Shown here: positions 43,621 to 62,715 of the stretch, in pieces
How the letters are laid out: each line of letters opens with the position of its first letter
Position numbering within the stretch: position 1 is the stretch's first letter
Assembly: GCF_009914755.1 (NCBI RefSeq)
Contig: NC_060926.1
Length of the DNA: 64,000 nt
Strand: one strand, 5' to 3'
Source of the DNA: the human T2T-CHM13v2.0 reference genome, Homo sapiens
Translations under genes and position numbers: made by a program
Notes under the pieces: model-generated
Database searches by the model: none
Told to the model about the DNA's origin: nothing
Seen by the model: only the letters and a program-made list of their open reading frames with translations

Positions 43621-45570
43621 AGATTCCATCAGCTAAGTTACTGGTTTACTTGTGCTAACAACATTCAATTATTATCATCAAAAAATAAACTTGAATCCAG
43701 ACATGGTCATCCCTCATTATCAAATTTTCAACTTGAATAAGCAAGCCAAATTAGATTTGGAAAGCATTTAAGCCAACTTAACTTGCAAGAGTATTTTACT
43801 TCTACATATTTAAAGTGAACATATCCACAAAAGAATCTGGATACATGAAATAATAGATTTCATAAAAATATCTTAAACCTCTTGCACATGCACCTTTATA
43901 TGCATGCTGTTATAGACAATGGTAATTAACACAAACATCAAAAGCAATCATTGTAGGAATACTGGTCATTTTTACACAGCTTGGCAAATTATCAAGTACC
44001 TGCTGGTTATTAATTTTCAAACATATGGGAGCTCTGTGGTAATACACATTAAATTGATTCTCTTCCACAAATATGGCATAAAGAAAAAACTAAGTATTAA
44101 TCTTCTTTATAATAAATTATTTAACTCATTCACATTTTTGACAATGTACAATTTAAACACAGTCTTTCACACAGAAACTAATTAAAAACTTCAGTAAAAC
44201 ATGTTATATTTACATGATCATAAAATCTAGGCTATTATTCCTTCTATAGCCCTATTCTTACATGTGCAATACAATTTTTATTACTTTATATGTTGCTAAA
44301 CTTTTTGCTTAAAATAAGTTAGATATACAAATGTATATAATCCATACATTCGCACCCAAAAAAGTTCTTTCATTAAACAACCAGGAATTTTAATTTACAA
44401 ATCATGGGTATCTCAAATCAACCAGATAACAACAGAAACATTAGTAATTTTCAATCAATTTAACTTTTCTCAATTTCATAAAATATATGGCTGCCTTAAG
44501 TATTGTCATTATATGTCAAATTTAAAAGTATTGTTTTATGTAACTATTTTAAAAGTTTTAAGATTTGTATACATTTCATTTATAGTCAGTATTCTTAATT
44601 TGTTAATAAATGAAGAGTTTTTTTAGTCTTCTAAAATCTTATGCTGCATTTTTGAAGGAAAACAGGAAAAACATCTACTGTACTAAGTGACATTTCCATT
44701 TTTTATTGATTTTACTACACAAATACTCTGATTACCTGATATCAGCTACTGCCTAGCCTCAAAATCATTATTAATTATATATTAGTAATTAGTCATGAAA
44801 TAACAAAGTAATCTACATTAGAATAATCTAAAACAAAATAAATAATTTACTAACATATGCAACAATATGACATGGAAATCTACATAAAACAATGTGATCT
44901 GTGCTAAAGCAGTGGACTTCCATGCCCCAGTCACACTCCAAAAGAAACTGGAGGGTACTATAGTCTATTACACTTCAGAATGGGATCTTCCCCTAGAGAT
45001 CCACCACAGTGAAAAGAGATAATCTATGAAATAAAGAGAATATGTTCATTTAATAGAGCTTTATAAAATATCTATCAGAAAATACTAAGGTTCTATGCCT
45101 TAAAAAAAAAAAATCTACTAGCCCACATTAACAAAAGTATACAATACAGGAGTATTATTCCTGAAATATGTTGTCATGTTTAAAAATATATGTATGGAGT
45201 TGAGCAAAAAACATCAATACATTCCAAAAGTGTTTTCTTCTATCCCTGTTTTATATAAATCTGGAGGCATTCTAAAGTTGAATATAAAAAGATATGCTGT
45301 ACTGTTGGCTACAGAATAATACAAAGTTTTATTGCTATTTAAACAAAGAAGCCATAACAGTTAAATGAGCTCAAGAAATAGGTTTCAGTATCACAAGGTG
45401 CCAGCTGTAAAGAGTTATGGCTAATTGAATATGGAACTCCTGCTTAATCAGATAACTGCTCTGCTATTTCCAAATGAAATGCCATTTCCATACCACCTGA
45501 AAATGGCCCGTTTTATTGGTAACCAGAGAAAACAATATAAACTGTAAATAACATTAAGTGCTCTGTTTAC

Positions 45571-45783
45571 CCATTCCAGGCACTGAAGTAGCAGGGGATC
45601 CAAGATGTCTTGGTAACACATTTGATGATAGGGCTGGAGTAACAGTCCTTTCTGGGGGTCCACCAGGGGCAGAACTGTCCTTTGGTGGTCCAGGAGATAC
45701 TGGAACTTGTGGAGGAGGGCCCTGGTTAGGGCTTGCTGGTGTTGGAGAAAGGTTTCTTTGAGCTGCAGTTCGCTGACGAATCT
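45571..45783 (-). CDS. LNPK: LNPK proline-rich exon (EIRQRTAAQRNLSPTP...SVPGM)
   Basis: ttctcag|AGATTCGT...GGAATGG|gtaaac. 213 nt, phase 1-1. Contained in ORF 45554..45820. Confidence 0.96.
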
Positions 45784-46418
45784 CTGAGAAGAGTAAGTAC
45801 ATACTAGACTTAATTTCCAATATACCATATTAGCCAGTATCACAAACAATTTATATTTATTAAAATTTTACGCCCCAAAAGGCATTGTAGTGTCAAAATT
45901 ACTTATAATAATAAATCTATAATATGTGACATTGAAAACAAAGTACTCTATTTCTGAACTTACAGTTCAACTGTACATGTTTACACAACAAGCCATGATC
46001 TAAGTGTAGCTACTGATACCACTTTTCAAAACAAATCCAGTAAAATGAAATCACCCAATTATGTGCCATGTCTTTTTAAAGTAATCTTCCTCATCATAAT
46101 AAAGGAAAGAAAGTTTATCAGAATTAGTCAAAACTCCAAATTGCAGATTTGTTTTTCAAGATTTAAAAAACTAAAAACTAAGCGATAAGTGAATAAGTAT
46201 ATTCTGGAATTATCAAAGTAATTAATCTAAGTAGTCATAGAAATGCTGAAAAAGTATTTTTACTATTAGGTACCATTTCCATTCTCCTTTATGGTATTGC
46301 TATCCTTTTGGCAAATTTGTTTTGGCCAAAACATTCAACAGATCTACTCCATATAAACAACATTTCATCATTAATACATCTTAGCTTATAGTTACAGAAA
46401 TTACAAGATTCTCTGTAA

Positions 46419-46619
46419 CAGGGGTCAGCAAGCATGCCAAATTCAGGCTGCCGCCTGCTTTTGTAGTTTTATTAGAACACAGGCCAGTTCTTTTGTTTAC
46501 AGATTGTCTATGGCTGCTTTAGAAGAGTAGAGTAGTTGCAACAGAGACCATATGGCTCTCAGGGCCATTTAACTATATTTACTATCTGGCTCTTTACAAA
46601 AAAAGTTTCATGACTTGTA
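46419..46619 (+). mobile_element. MER58A-like hAT DNA transposon
   Basis: caggggtcagcaa...gagtagttgcaacagagacc...ctctttacaaaaaaagttt. TSD ctctgtaa/ctcagtaa. Confidence 0.75.
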
Positions 46620-46949
46620 CTCAGTAACATAAAATTGAATTCTATTATTCTCTATTCCCACCAATATTTTACTTGAATGTCAGTGGTAAGATTTCACATA
46701 AAGAAGCCTTTATACTTTTTCAATTCTACCTATCACATTAAATTATCACAAATCCTGAATTAGTGAGCTGAAACTAAGTAAGTAATTTTTAATTGGCATA
46801 AATAGTAAAAATACATATGTCCAGAAGCAAAACACTTGGACTTTATTTGACAGTTAAAGAATTACATGAAAGTTCATTGCAATTGCAAGTACAGCTCTAG
46901 CATCAGATCTTAGTTCATCCCAATCTAGTCTACTAGCTAAGAACCAGGG

Positions 46950-47130
46950 CCCTGCAGTTAGAAAGATTTGGTTGGAATCCTGGCTCTGGCTACATGACTT
47001 CAGATAGGTTACTTAACTTTGATAAACCTGTTATTTTATCTGTAAAATTAGGATAATATTAACTAATTGTTATGAGAATTAAATATGATAATGTCTGCAA
47101 ACTGATAGCTCACATTTAATGAATACTTAT
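46950..47130 (+). mobile_element. MIR
   Basis: ggttggaatcctggctctggc...atctgtaaaattaggataata. Confidence 0.65.
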
Positions 47131-48371
47131 TTCAGATGACAGTTTTTGTACACAACTAAGTATTTTCAAATGATTTTAGCTAAAATTACTGGGATCAACT
47201 AATTTTCCATTGGTTCACAATTTAGTCTTTAACCAAGCCATGGCAATAATAAATTATAAGCACAGTATCATTATATAAATGGAACCATCTTTATATTTTG
47301 CTACTTTCCATGCAATTTATATAGAAAATTTCAGCTGTTACCTGAACAAATCATATCCTAACGTCTGCAAATTAGCTGCTAACTTTATTTTTTACTCACA
47401 AGGAGCACCTTAATAGGTGGTTGCATATTAGGAAAGCCATTAAATGCTGCAAAAGGTACTGAAATCAATAAAATCATATTAGGATTTGATAATTTAAACT
47501 ACTCATTTAAAAATAAGGCATCAAATACTGTAAATCATTTTTCAGCCAACTTTCAGGTAAAGCATAACTCAAAAAGTGGCATTTTTCTTCCAGATAAATG
47601 AAAGTTTAGCATTTATTAGACTATATAAAAGCAGCTATTATCCTTCCTCTTCACGAAGACTTGAGACTACTTCCTCTAAATGTGCATTTACCCAGTGAAA
47701 ATTACCTGAAATGCTTTTACTATCACTAGTACACCACTGAAAGGAGACTAGCTAACAAAGGACACCATGTCAAGCATTCCATAAAAGAGATGTACCTTAA
47801 TAATTCTAAATCTAAATTTAGGAAAAGGGGGAAAATGTTATAGCAGAGTTACAAAAGGGAGAAAATGTAGTTTCATCATTTTCAAAGGAAAAGCAAGTAT
47901 CAAGGGTTACAATATCTTCAATAGTTCAAAATAACAAGGTACCAAATCTGTATTTGTCAAACTATTATAAAATGTTCTGGTAGTCTCAATTTAAAATACC
48001 TCAGATTTATCTACTTTTAACTACTTGTGATTCATAAAGTTTTGTATTAATTACTCTAAAAAGTTTCCAGTACTCAACAAAATAGTCATATTAGATATGT
48101 TCAACATTTCCTGCCTTAAACGTAAGATACAAAGCCCCCAAAAGAGCCACCAAGCATTCCACATGAATCTGGCAAAAAATCATAAGGAGCATGCCATAAG
48201 GTTAATTCTCAACCGTAGTATGTTTTAACACCCTCATCAATGATCAATGACCCAACAAAAATCATACTCACTGAGGATGATGACATGCCTATATTAGGTT
48301 TAAATTCAAAATGAAGCAAACAGACCCATCACCAAGTTCTTTTCAAAGAGGTTACTTATTAAGGGTTATGA

Positions 48372-48627
48372 ATAAAGGTTGGTTAGTGGGTACAAAAACA
48401 TACATAGGAGGAATAAGAGCTAGTGTTTGACAGTACAGTAGGGTGACTACAATTAACAATAATGTGTCATTCAAAATAGCTAGAAGAGAAGAATTGGAAT
48501 GTTCTCAACATAAATAAAAGATAAATGTTTGAGGTGACAGATATCCCAATTACCTTGATTTAATCATCATAAATTGTATGCAAGTATGTAACCCCAAAAA
48601 TATGTACAATTATATATCAATTAAAAA
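48372..48627 (+). mobile_element. L1MA-like 3' end
   Basis: ggttggttagtgggtacaaa...aaaatagctagaagagaagaattggaatg. Confidence 0.8.
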
Positions 48628-48699
48628 TGAAGCAAATAGAATCCAAATGATATATTTTTAAAACTACTATATTAAACAGAAGCTTAAATTAATGATAAA

Positions 48700-48930
48700 A
48701 CAGCATAGCTGTGCAAAGCAAAGACTCTGGGACCAAATGGTCATAATTTTAGCTCCACCCTGTTTACTAGATGTGTATGCTACCTTTTCCAAGTTGATGA
48801 CATCACTCAGTTCAGCTTTCTCATAATGCGAATACTTACCTCTTATGCTTGTTGTAAAGATTAAATGACAAAATCAAGACAAAGAACTCAGCCAAAGCAC
48901 ATGCGAAGTACTTAACAGGCAATAACTATT
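48700..48930 (+). mobile_element. MIR
   Basis: gttgtaaagattaaatga core. Confidence 0.55.
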
Positions 48931-49317
48931 AGCAGAAATAGTGCATATCTAAAGGTTCCAACGATTATTATAAATCAAAAACTAAGCAATCTAGAATTTC
49001 TAAGGCAATTATTTAAAATATATAGATACTAATTTACACATTAAATGTTCCCTTAGTTATTTGTGAAGTCATTTACATGTATAAATTCACAACTTATATA
49101 AAAACTTAAATGTATAATTCTAGCTTGCCATTAAATAATATTGGGATGAATGTTTTATAATACAAATACTCGTCCCTTAATTTATCAGATTTTTTAAATA
49201 CTCTTTTTATGCTGCTAGAAGGTTTTGTCTTTGTTCTATTATCAAGCTGTGGTAGGAAGAACACCATACAATAATTAGGAGGCCTGGATTTTCATCTAGT
49301 TAATAGTACCAGTTCCT

Positions 49318-49672
49318 TTATTATTTCCATAGGTTACTGAGGAACAGGTGGTGTTCGGTTACATGAGTAAGTTCTTTAGTGGTGATTTTAAGATCTTGGT
49401 GCACCCATCACCCAAACAGTATACACTGCACCTATTTGTAGTCTTTTATTCCCATCCCCTTCCCGCCCTTTCCCCTGAGTCCCCAAAGTCCATTGTGTCA
49501 TTCTTATGCCTTTGCACCCTCACAGCTTAGCTGCCACTTATGAGTGAGAACATACGATGTTTGGTTTTCCATTCCTGAGTTACTTCACTTAGAGTAATAG
49601 TCTCCAATCTCATCCAGGTCACTGTGAATGCTGTTAATTCATTCCTTTTTATGGCTGAGTAGTATTCCATCA

Positions 49673-49734
<62 letters not shown>

Positions 49735-50220
49735 AGTTTCTTTATCCACTCATTGGTTAATGACATTTGGGTTGGTTCCACATTTTTGTGATTGCGAATT
49801 GTGCTGCTATAAACATGTATGTGCAAGTATCTTTTTCGTATAATGACTTATTTTCCTCTGGGTAGAAACCCCATAGTGGGATTGCTGGATCAAATGGTAG
49901 TTCTACTTTTATTTTTTAAGGAAATCTCCATACTGTTTTCCACAGTGGTTGTACTAGTTTACATTCCCACCAGCAGTGTAGAAGTGTTCCCTGTTCACCA
50001 CACCCACACCAACATCTTCTATTTTTTTAATTTTTTTATTATGGCCATTCTTGCAGGAGTAAGGTGGTATTGCATTTTGGTTTTGATTTGCATTTCCCTG
50101 ATCATTAGTGATGTTGAGCATTTTTTCATGTTTGTTGCCCATTTGTATATTTTCTTTTGAGAATTGTCTATTCATGTTCTTAGCCCACTTTTTGATGGGA
50201 TTGTTTGTTTTTTCTTGCTC
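49318..50220 (-). mobile_element. L1PB-like 3' end with internal (TA)n at 49677-49730
   Basis: ataggttactgaggaacaggtggtgttcggttacatgag...; ORF 49954..50175 is homologous to the ORF2 C-terminal region. Confidence 0.88.
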
Positions 50221-50619
50221 CTTACGTGAACTAAAACCCCACTAGGTTCCAAATTTCCTTAATATGAGTGTTGGCAAAACTACAAAGGCAATATTCATAT
50301 TTTCCCTAGCACTGGTCAAAGGCTTTCTGAACTCCCATGTCCAGTTCTAAGACTCATAAGAGAAAATTTCAGAAATTGGATTTTAGTAATGGGGGTGGGG
50401 GAATCTTTAAGCCTATTCACATATGCAAATGTGGAAACTCTTAGGGTGAATTTTGCTTTTTGTAATTGTGAAAAAAATTATACTATAGTATAATTTTATA
50501 CTATAGTACTATAGTTAGGGCACAGGGATATATTTTCAGGTAAATTTCTATTGTTTTCAGTTCTGTATTTTTTAACTTATTTGAATGTAATTCCTTTAAA
50601 TAATCAAAATAATAAAGAC

Positions 50620-52390
50620 ATCTCTTCCTTCTACTTTCAAAACTTTCTGAAGTCCATGGTCACTGTATCTTCTGTTCACATCCACTCATACTAAGCTGCT
50701 CCAAATTCACCTTCTACCCTATTTCGCTATTCAAATTGTACTCTCAATAGGTCAATGTCTTTTTATTGCTAAAAAATGACTTTATAACCTCTTCCTTCCT
50801 ATAGAGGCAAAGCTTTTTGAAAAACAAAAAAAAAAACTTCTCTGCATTTCACTTCTTAACCCAACTCAATCTGGTTTTTGTGCTCCTTTTTAGCTACCAC
50901 AGTATTACCCACCACTGAAAGTATCACTGCTTTGGTCACCAACAACATTATAATACCACTACTAATGTTGCATTAACATAGCTACTCTTTATCAAATCCC
51001 TATTTTCTGCTAGGAACCATGCTAGGCACTATATATGAATTTACTAATTTCATCTACTATTTATATCAATCCTTTGGGGTAACTCCTATCCCCAGTTTTC
51101 AAAAGAAGAAACCAAAGTTCAGTGGCCAAGTAACTTGCTAAAATTCTCACAGTAAAATAAGAGATGGAGCCAGGATTCAAATTCTGGTTTTTATGACAAA
51201 AATGCCCATATTCTCTGTGTTATGCAACCTGTCAAATTCAAAGGCCTCATTTCAGTCTTCTACTTACTACCAATCTAGCTCTACTTTTGACTCTGATCAT
51301 TCATTCTTTTTCCTGGGCTCTTCTTTCTTCATCTACTCTTAAACGTCAATGTTCCCTGTAGTTCTGTCTTAGGTGCTCTTACTCTATTTTCTCTCTCTGG
51401 GCAATTTCACTCAATCTCATATTCCAATAATAATCACCTATGCCTCCCAATTATTTCTAATCTGTATATCTATAACCTCAACCTTTCTCCTGAGCTCCAT
51501 ATGAAATAATCAACTACCTATGAACCTCAGCATCTTGCTATAACTCCCATTCAACAGAACCAAAAGTAAATTCATTATCTTCTACAGAAACCAGTATTCC
51601 AATTATGTTCTTTATCTGGCTTAACATACTAACACCTAAGCAGTTGTCCAAACAAAAACGTAGGTCACATCTTGATTCTTCCTCCCACCCCCAACCCCTG
51701 CCCCGCTTTCCAAATCTAATTGCCTGTATCAATCTACTCCTGAATTATCTCTCAAATCTCTTCTTTTTCCCCAACGCTATTGCTGTAACCTTATCTAGTA
51801 CAGGCCTTTATCTTTTAACTATATTAGATGATATTCCTAATTGTTCTCTATGGCTCAGTCATATTCTCTCCAATCCAACATAACCTCCATGTTACTAAAA
51901 AAAAAAAAAAAAAAGTATTCTTCATAAAATGCTAACTTGATGTAAAATTCAAAGCCTCCATTGACTTTATATGTTGTGTATAAGATAAAGTCCTGAACTC
52001 CAGAACTATACTACATAATGATGCAGAAAAAGCCCTTCATAATTTGATCCCTCCTTCATATGACCCCTACTTTCCTTTTTCAGGGATATGGCAATATTTG
52101 TAGTGCCTCGAGGTGCCAAGTTGTTTCTCTCTTCCAGTGCTTGCACACGGAGTAAATCCTTTACCTGAAGAGTACTTTTTCAATCCTATTCTCACAGCAA
52201 ATTATTATTAAAAGTTATAATGCATTGTAATTTGTGCCTATCTTCATTTTGGTCCTTACCATACCGTTTATTACATGTGTATACCCCTTTTAATCAAAAG
52301 CTAATAAGCAGGAACTACATCTCTGTAGACACATGATGTGGGAAAGGTAACTGGTACAGAGTATGAGCTTAATAAACACCTATGAAATCA
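50620..52390 (+). mobile_element. L2 fragments with an embedded MIR (~50990-51200)
   Basis: Degenerate pyrimidine-rich L2 text. Antisense MIR gaaaccaaagttcagtggccaagtaacttgc. Confidence 0.55.
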
Positions 52391-53246
52391 ATCTATTTTC
52401 CTCTTGCATTTCAATGTTAAATTTCCAACTGCCTGCTACCCAACTTATTTAGAGTGATAAACAGGAAAATGGCCTCTCAAAAACGTCCCCATCTTCTTGT
52501 CCATTCTGTAAATATGTTACATGCAAGGCAGATAAAGATTGCAGATAGAATTAAGATTGCTAATCAGCCTGCTGCATTTAGAATCTCAGCTTAACTTCAG
52601 AAGTCCATACAGAAAAGCTATCTTTAAGCAGAAAGTTTTCTATTAATAATAATATATATCACTTGCCAGCCTTTAGTTGAGTTTGTTCTTTTGTTCTGCT
52701 TTTCAAATTAAAAATACATTTTGCTTTATAGTTCTTTGTCTTAACATTTACTTTCCTTTATCACCTTAATAATTTATTTTTGATCTGGCCTAACTTCTAG
52801 CAATCTCAACACTAAACAACATGAACCCTGCAGTTCACCAAGGTCCTATTTGGTAAATTACTATTTTATAACATTTAAACAAAATACAGCAATGCCAAAA
52901 TAAATGTTTACTTTTATTTTCTTCAACTCATTTATTAAGCAACCACTAAGAGTAAAGCACCAGCATAAGCACATTGAAGGGGATTCAGAGTTGCATATAG
53001 AGGTAGCAAGCTAACTTTAAGATAAGAAAAACAAACTCACTAAATATTCTAATACAAGCTAAATGCCATATAATGGGAGCCAACAAAGTACTATAGAGTG
53101 AAGTGAGGACTTCACAAGAGGTGAGGACTGACAACTTAGTCATCTAGATGGGCTGAAGAAAGGGTTTACAGTGATGATGGCATTTGAGATAAACAATGAA
53201 AACTGGATTGGGATAGAAATGCCTTTGTTATCTATATTAAAGTACA

Positions 53247-53672
53247 TGTGGCAGTTTTAAAATAAGACTCCAAAATCCTTTGATTCTCCTTTCAACAAAC
53301 GGGAGCAGAGGGTGTCTGTGTACCCTCCCCTTGAAATTGTACTCTGACAAAGAGAACAAAGTTGTGCCAGAATCCAGGACTTTTTGTCTCCTATGCTCCC
53401 TGGTCTTGGAACCTGCCACCAGGGAAGAGTAAGCTCAACTGACCCGAGAGAAGTCCATGTGGAGAGGAAACAACAGCCAGCACCAACTTGCCAGCTGTGT
53501 AAACCACCTTGATAGTAGATCCTCTAGCTCAGTAAAGTAGCTCTAACTGATGTGAGACACAGATAAGCTGTCTCCACCAAACCCTAGCCAAGCAAATTTC
53601 ATGAGCAAAAAAAGAATGCTGTGTTAAATCACTAAATTTCAGGATGGTTTGTTATATACTAAACAATTGTAA
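53247..53672 (+). mobile_element. MLT1-like MaLR LTR
   Basis: tgtggcagttttaaa...ccatgtggagaggaa...cagccagcaccaacttgccag...ggatggtttgttat. Confidence 0.7.
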
Positions 53673-54088
53673 CAGTATGAATTTGATACTTATGTAAAGA
53701 ACATCCAAATTTCTTACAAGGCAAATTTATTAAGGTGAATTTATTATTTTATAAGGCATTTTTCACATTCTCTGAATCAAACACATGCCCAAAAAACAGC
53801 AAAATATAAAGTATTGCTCCATTTGGTATAAAGATCAAAAAAAGATCTATAATTTCTACTTTAATTTTCAATACATGCTATGGAACACAAGTGAGTAAAC
53901 TCTAAAACCTACTGAAATAAGAAGTTGTACTCTATTTGCTAAAACCATTAAATGTCTCTGCAAAAATAACTGATTTTGAATTTAGCTGTGGCAAGATACA
54001 ATTGACTTTTCTTTTGTTACATTTCATTAGTAAAGGTGCAGGGCTGAGTACAAAAGGCAAAAGAAAATGTATAGGTGGTGTCCTCCTA

Positions 54089-54422
<334 letters not shown>

Positions 54423-54621
54423 GATTTCATTTTTAGGGCATCCTCCAAAAATCTGATCATTCTCCCTATTTCAATCATTTACTCCTATGGTGATAACCTA
54501 TTCCTATAACTTTGCAACCAGAAATAACTGATCACTTCTCAGGTTTAAGCATCCTGTTCTCCAACTACTAACCTCTCAGCTTACCTCCTCCAACTGCAAG
54601 ATCTATAACCCATTAATTATT

Positions 54622-54815
54622 AATAGGTCAGTGAACATTTTTGGAAAGAGCCACATAATAAACATTTTAGGCTTTGCAGACCACATAAGCTCCTGTTGCA
54701 TATTCTTACTCTTTATTTTTTAAAATGCTTTGAAAATGTGAAAACATTCTAAGCTGAAGAACCATAAAACACAGGTCTTGGCCTACATTTGCAGGTTGCA
54801 GTTTGTGGATTCCTG
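54622..54815. mobile_element. MER58-like DNA transposon
   Basis: ggtcagtgaacattttt...aaacattttaggctttgcagaccac...gtttgtggattcctg. Confidence 0.6.
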
Positions 54816-55201
54816 TATTAATACTACCAACACCTTTTGACTGTCCATCACTACCACTCATGTCTTTATTTCCCTCATAATCGTCTTAAATTCCATAATC
54901 CATTGTGATAATGGCTCGCCTACAAACAACTTCAGCTCCTGGCCCCCTTATCAAATTATCTAACACATGAGGCAAAACCCCAACCCTGCTTAAAACCAAC
55001 CATTTGCCTACTCCATGCTGGCACCTACACGGGTGACTGTAACTGGAAAAGCACACAGAATCCTGCATTAAATTTATGACTATTCATTTTAAGTAGCCTT
55101 TAGAGTCCCCTGGCATTATTCCATACCTTTTCTTCAAGCCTCCAACATTATCTCCCCCAACCTCATCCTCACTAAGAAAATAGAGATACAATCAGAAAAT
55201 T

Positions 55202-55490
55202 GGCTGGGCGCAGTAGCTCACACCTATAATCCCAAAACTTTGGGAGGCTGAGGTGGGCAGATCACTTGAGGTCAAGAGTTTGAGACCAGCCTGGCTGACA
55301 TGGTGAAACCCCGTATCTACTAAAACTACAAAAATTAGCCGGGTGTCATGGCGGGCACCTGTAATCCCAGCTACTCAGGAGGCTGAGGCAGGAGAATCAC
55401 TTGAACCTTGGAGGCAGAGGTTGCAGCAAGCCGAGATCACGCCACTGCACTCCAGCCTGGGTGATACAGTGAGACTTCATCTCAAAAAAA
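55202..55490 (+). mobile_element. Alu (AluS-like)
   Basis: Full Alu. Confidence 0.92.
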
Positions 55491-55711
55491 GAAAACATCT
55501 CAAAAAAAGAACCCAGCCACCTACCTATGTCTTCCCATGTTCTCAGACTTTCCTCATTGCTAAAGATGAGCTATCACACACTTGTCAAAAGCCGACTTCT
55601 CCACTTGTATACTAGATCACATCCCCTCTTGCCTACTCATGGGCAGTTCCAAATCAATTCTCCCTACTCTCTCCTCCATCATTAATTATTCCACATGGAT
55701 ACTATTGCAGA

Positions 55712-61860
<6,149 letters not shown>

Positions 61861-62497
61861 GAACAAAGACAAAAGTCATTGCAAACTCAGAATATCTTTT
61901 CCCATGCCAGTCTGGGGAATATTTTATGTAACCACTTAATATAATGACGGTTAAAATTTTATATAACATTTAATGATGTAATAGTAATGACTTCATTAAT
62001 AATATGGTAATACAAGCTCAAAAATAGTTAACATTACACAGCGATAATTCAATTTTCATTTTTCTTATTTCTAAATTATTTTATTCTAAAGTGTTATTTT
62101 AGAAAAAACAAAATTTCACAGAAATCATAACATTTTTCAAAAATAAAACATAAAAATGTAAGGATTTTCATAATAACAGATATTCCAAGAGACTATTATT
62201 TGAAAGTGGGAAATATTTACAAAATATTGATGAAATTATTTAAATTTTAAAAGATTAAAACCAATGATATATTTAATCTCAATACATATTTGACATCCTA
62301 ACTTAACATATTCCCATAAAATCAAAATGAAATAAAATTATTGCCATCCACCCTAAGTCATATCCCAAATTACCAAATATAAATTTACACAGAAGCATTC
62401 TACATAAGTTTTTGCACACCTCCAACACACTTTTGAACTCACTTGGGTAATTATGGATCTTTCCAACAGCAGCAGCAGTTTCTACTAAGTTATTTAC

Positions 62498-62549
62498 CTT
62501 GTCCAGGTCTTGCAGTTACAGCTGCTCCAGCAGATGGCGGCTCACACTC
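62498..62549 (-). CDS. LNPK: LNPK coding exon (ECEPPSAGAAVTARPGQ)
   Basis: gacag|GAGTGTGAG...GGACAAG|gtaaat. 52 nt, phase 0-1. Separated from the previous exon by an 82-nt intron. Confidence 0.95.
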
Positions 62550-62631
62550 CTGTCAATTATAATAATGTTATTACAGTGACCTATTACAATGTGTAATTTA
62601 TAATAAAATAGTAGTGATATCACAGTCTTAC

Positions 62632-62715
62632 CTTTGCTTTCTTTGAGTCCGGATCAAACCTTTCAAGAATTAATTTAGCCGTCTTGTAAGTTTCTTTTTC
62701 CATGACTTCTTCAAG
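62632..62715 (-). CDS. LNPK: LNPK coding exon (LEEVMEKETYKTAKLILERFDPDSKKAK), coiled-coil region
   Basis: Minus strand reads gtag|CTTGAAGAAGTCATG...AAAGCAAAG|gtaaga. 84 nt, phase 0-0. Peptide matches Lunapark as I recall it. Upstream exons lie outside the window. Confidence 0.95.

Noticed and set aside
45554-45570. Intron read-through of the proline-rich exon (GMGKQST*), and similarly after 35432
   Set aside because: Simply the ORF finder running past canonical donors; there is no evidence for intron retention.
48272-48288. Possible 17-nt micro-exon (atag|GCATGTCATCATCCTCA|gtgagt)
   Set aside because: Good donor but the acceptor has almost no polypyrimidine tract, so it is likely chance.
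55478-55511. catctcaaaaaaagaa repeated twice at an Alu tail
   Set aside because: Trivial local slippage duplication.
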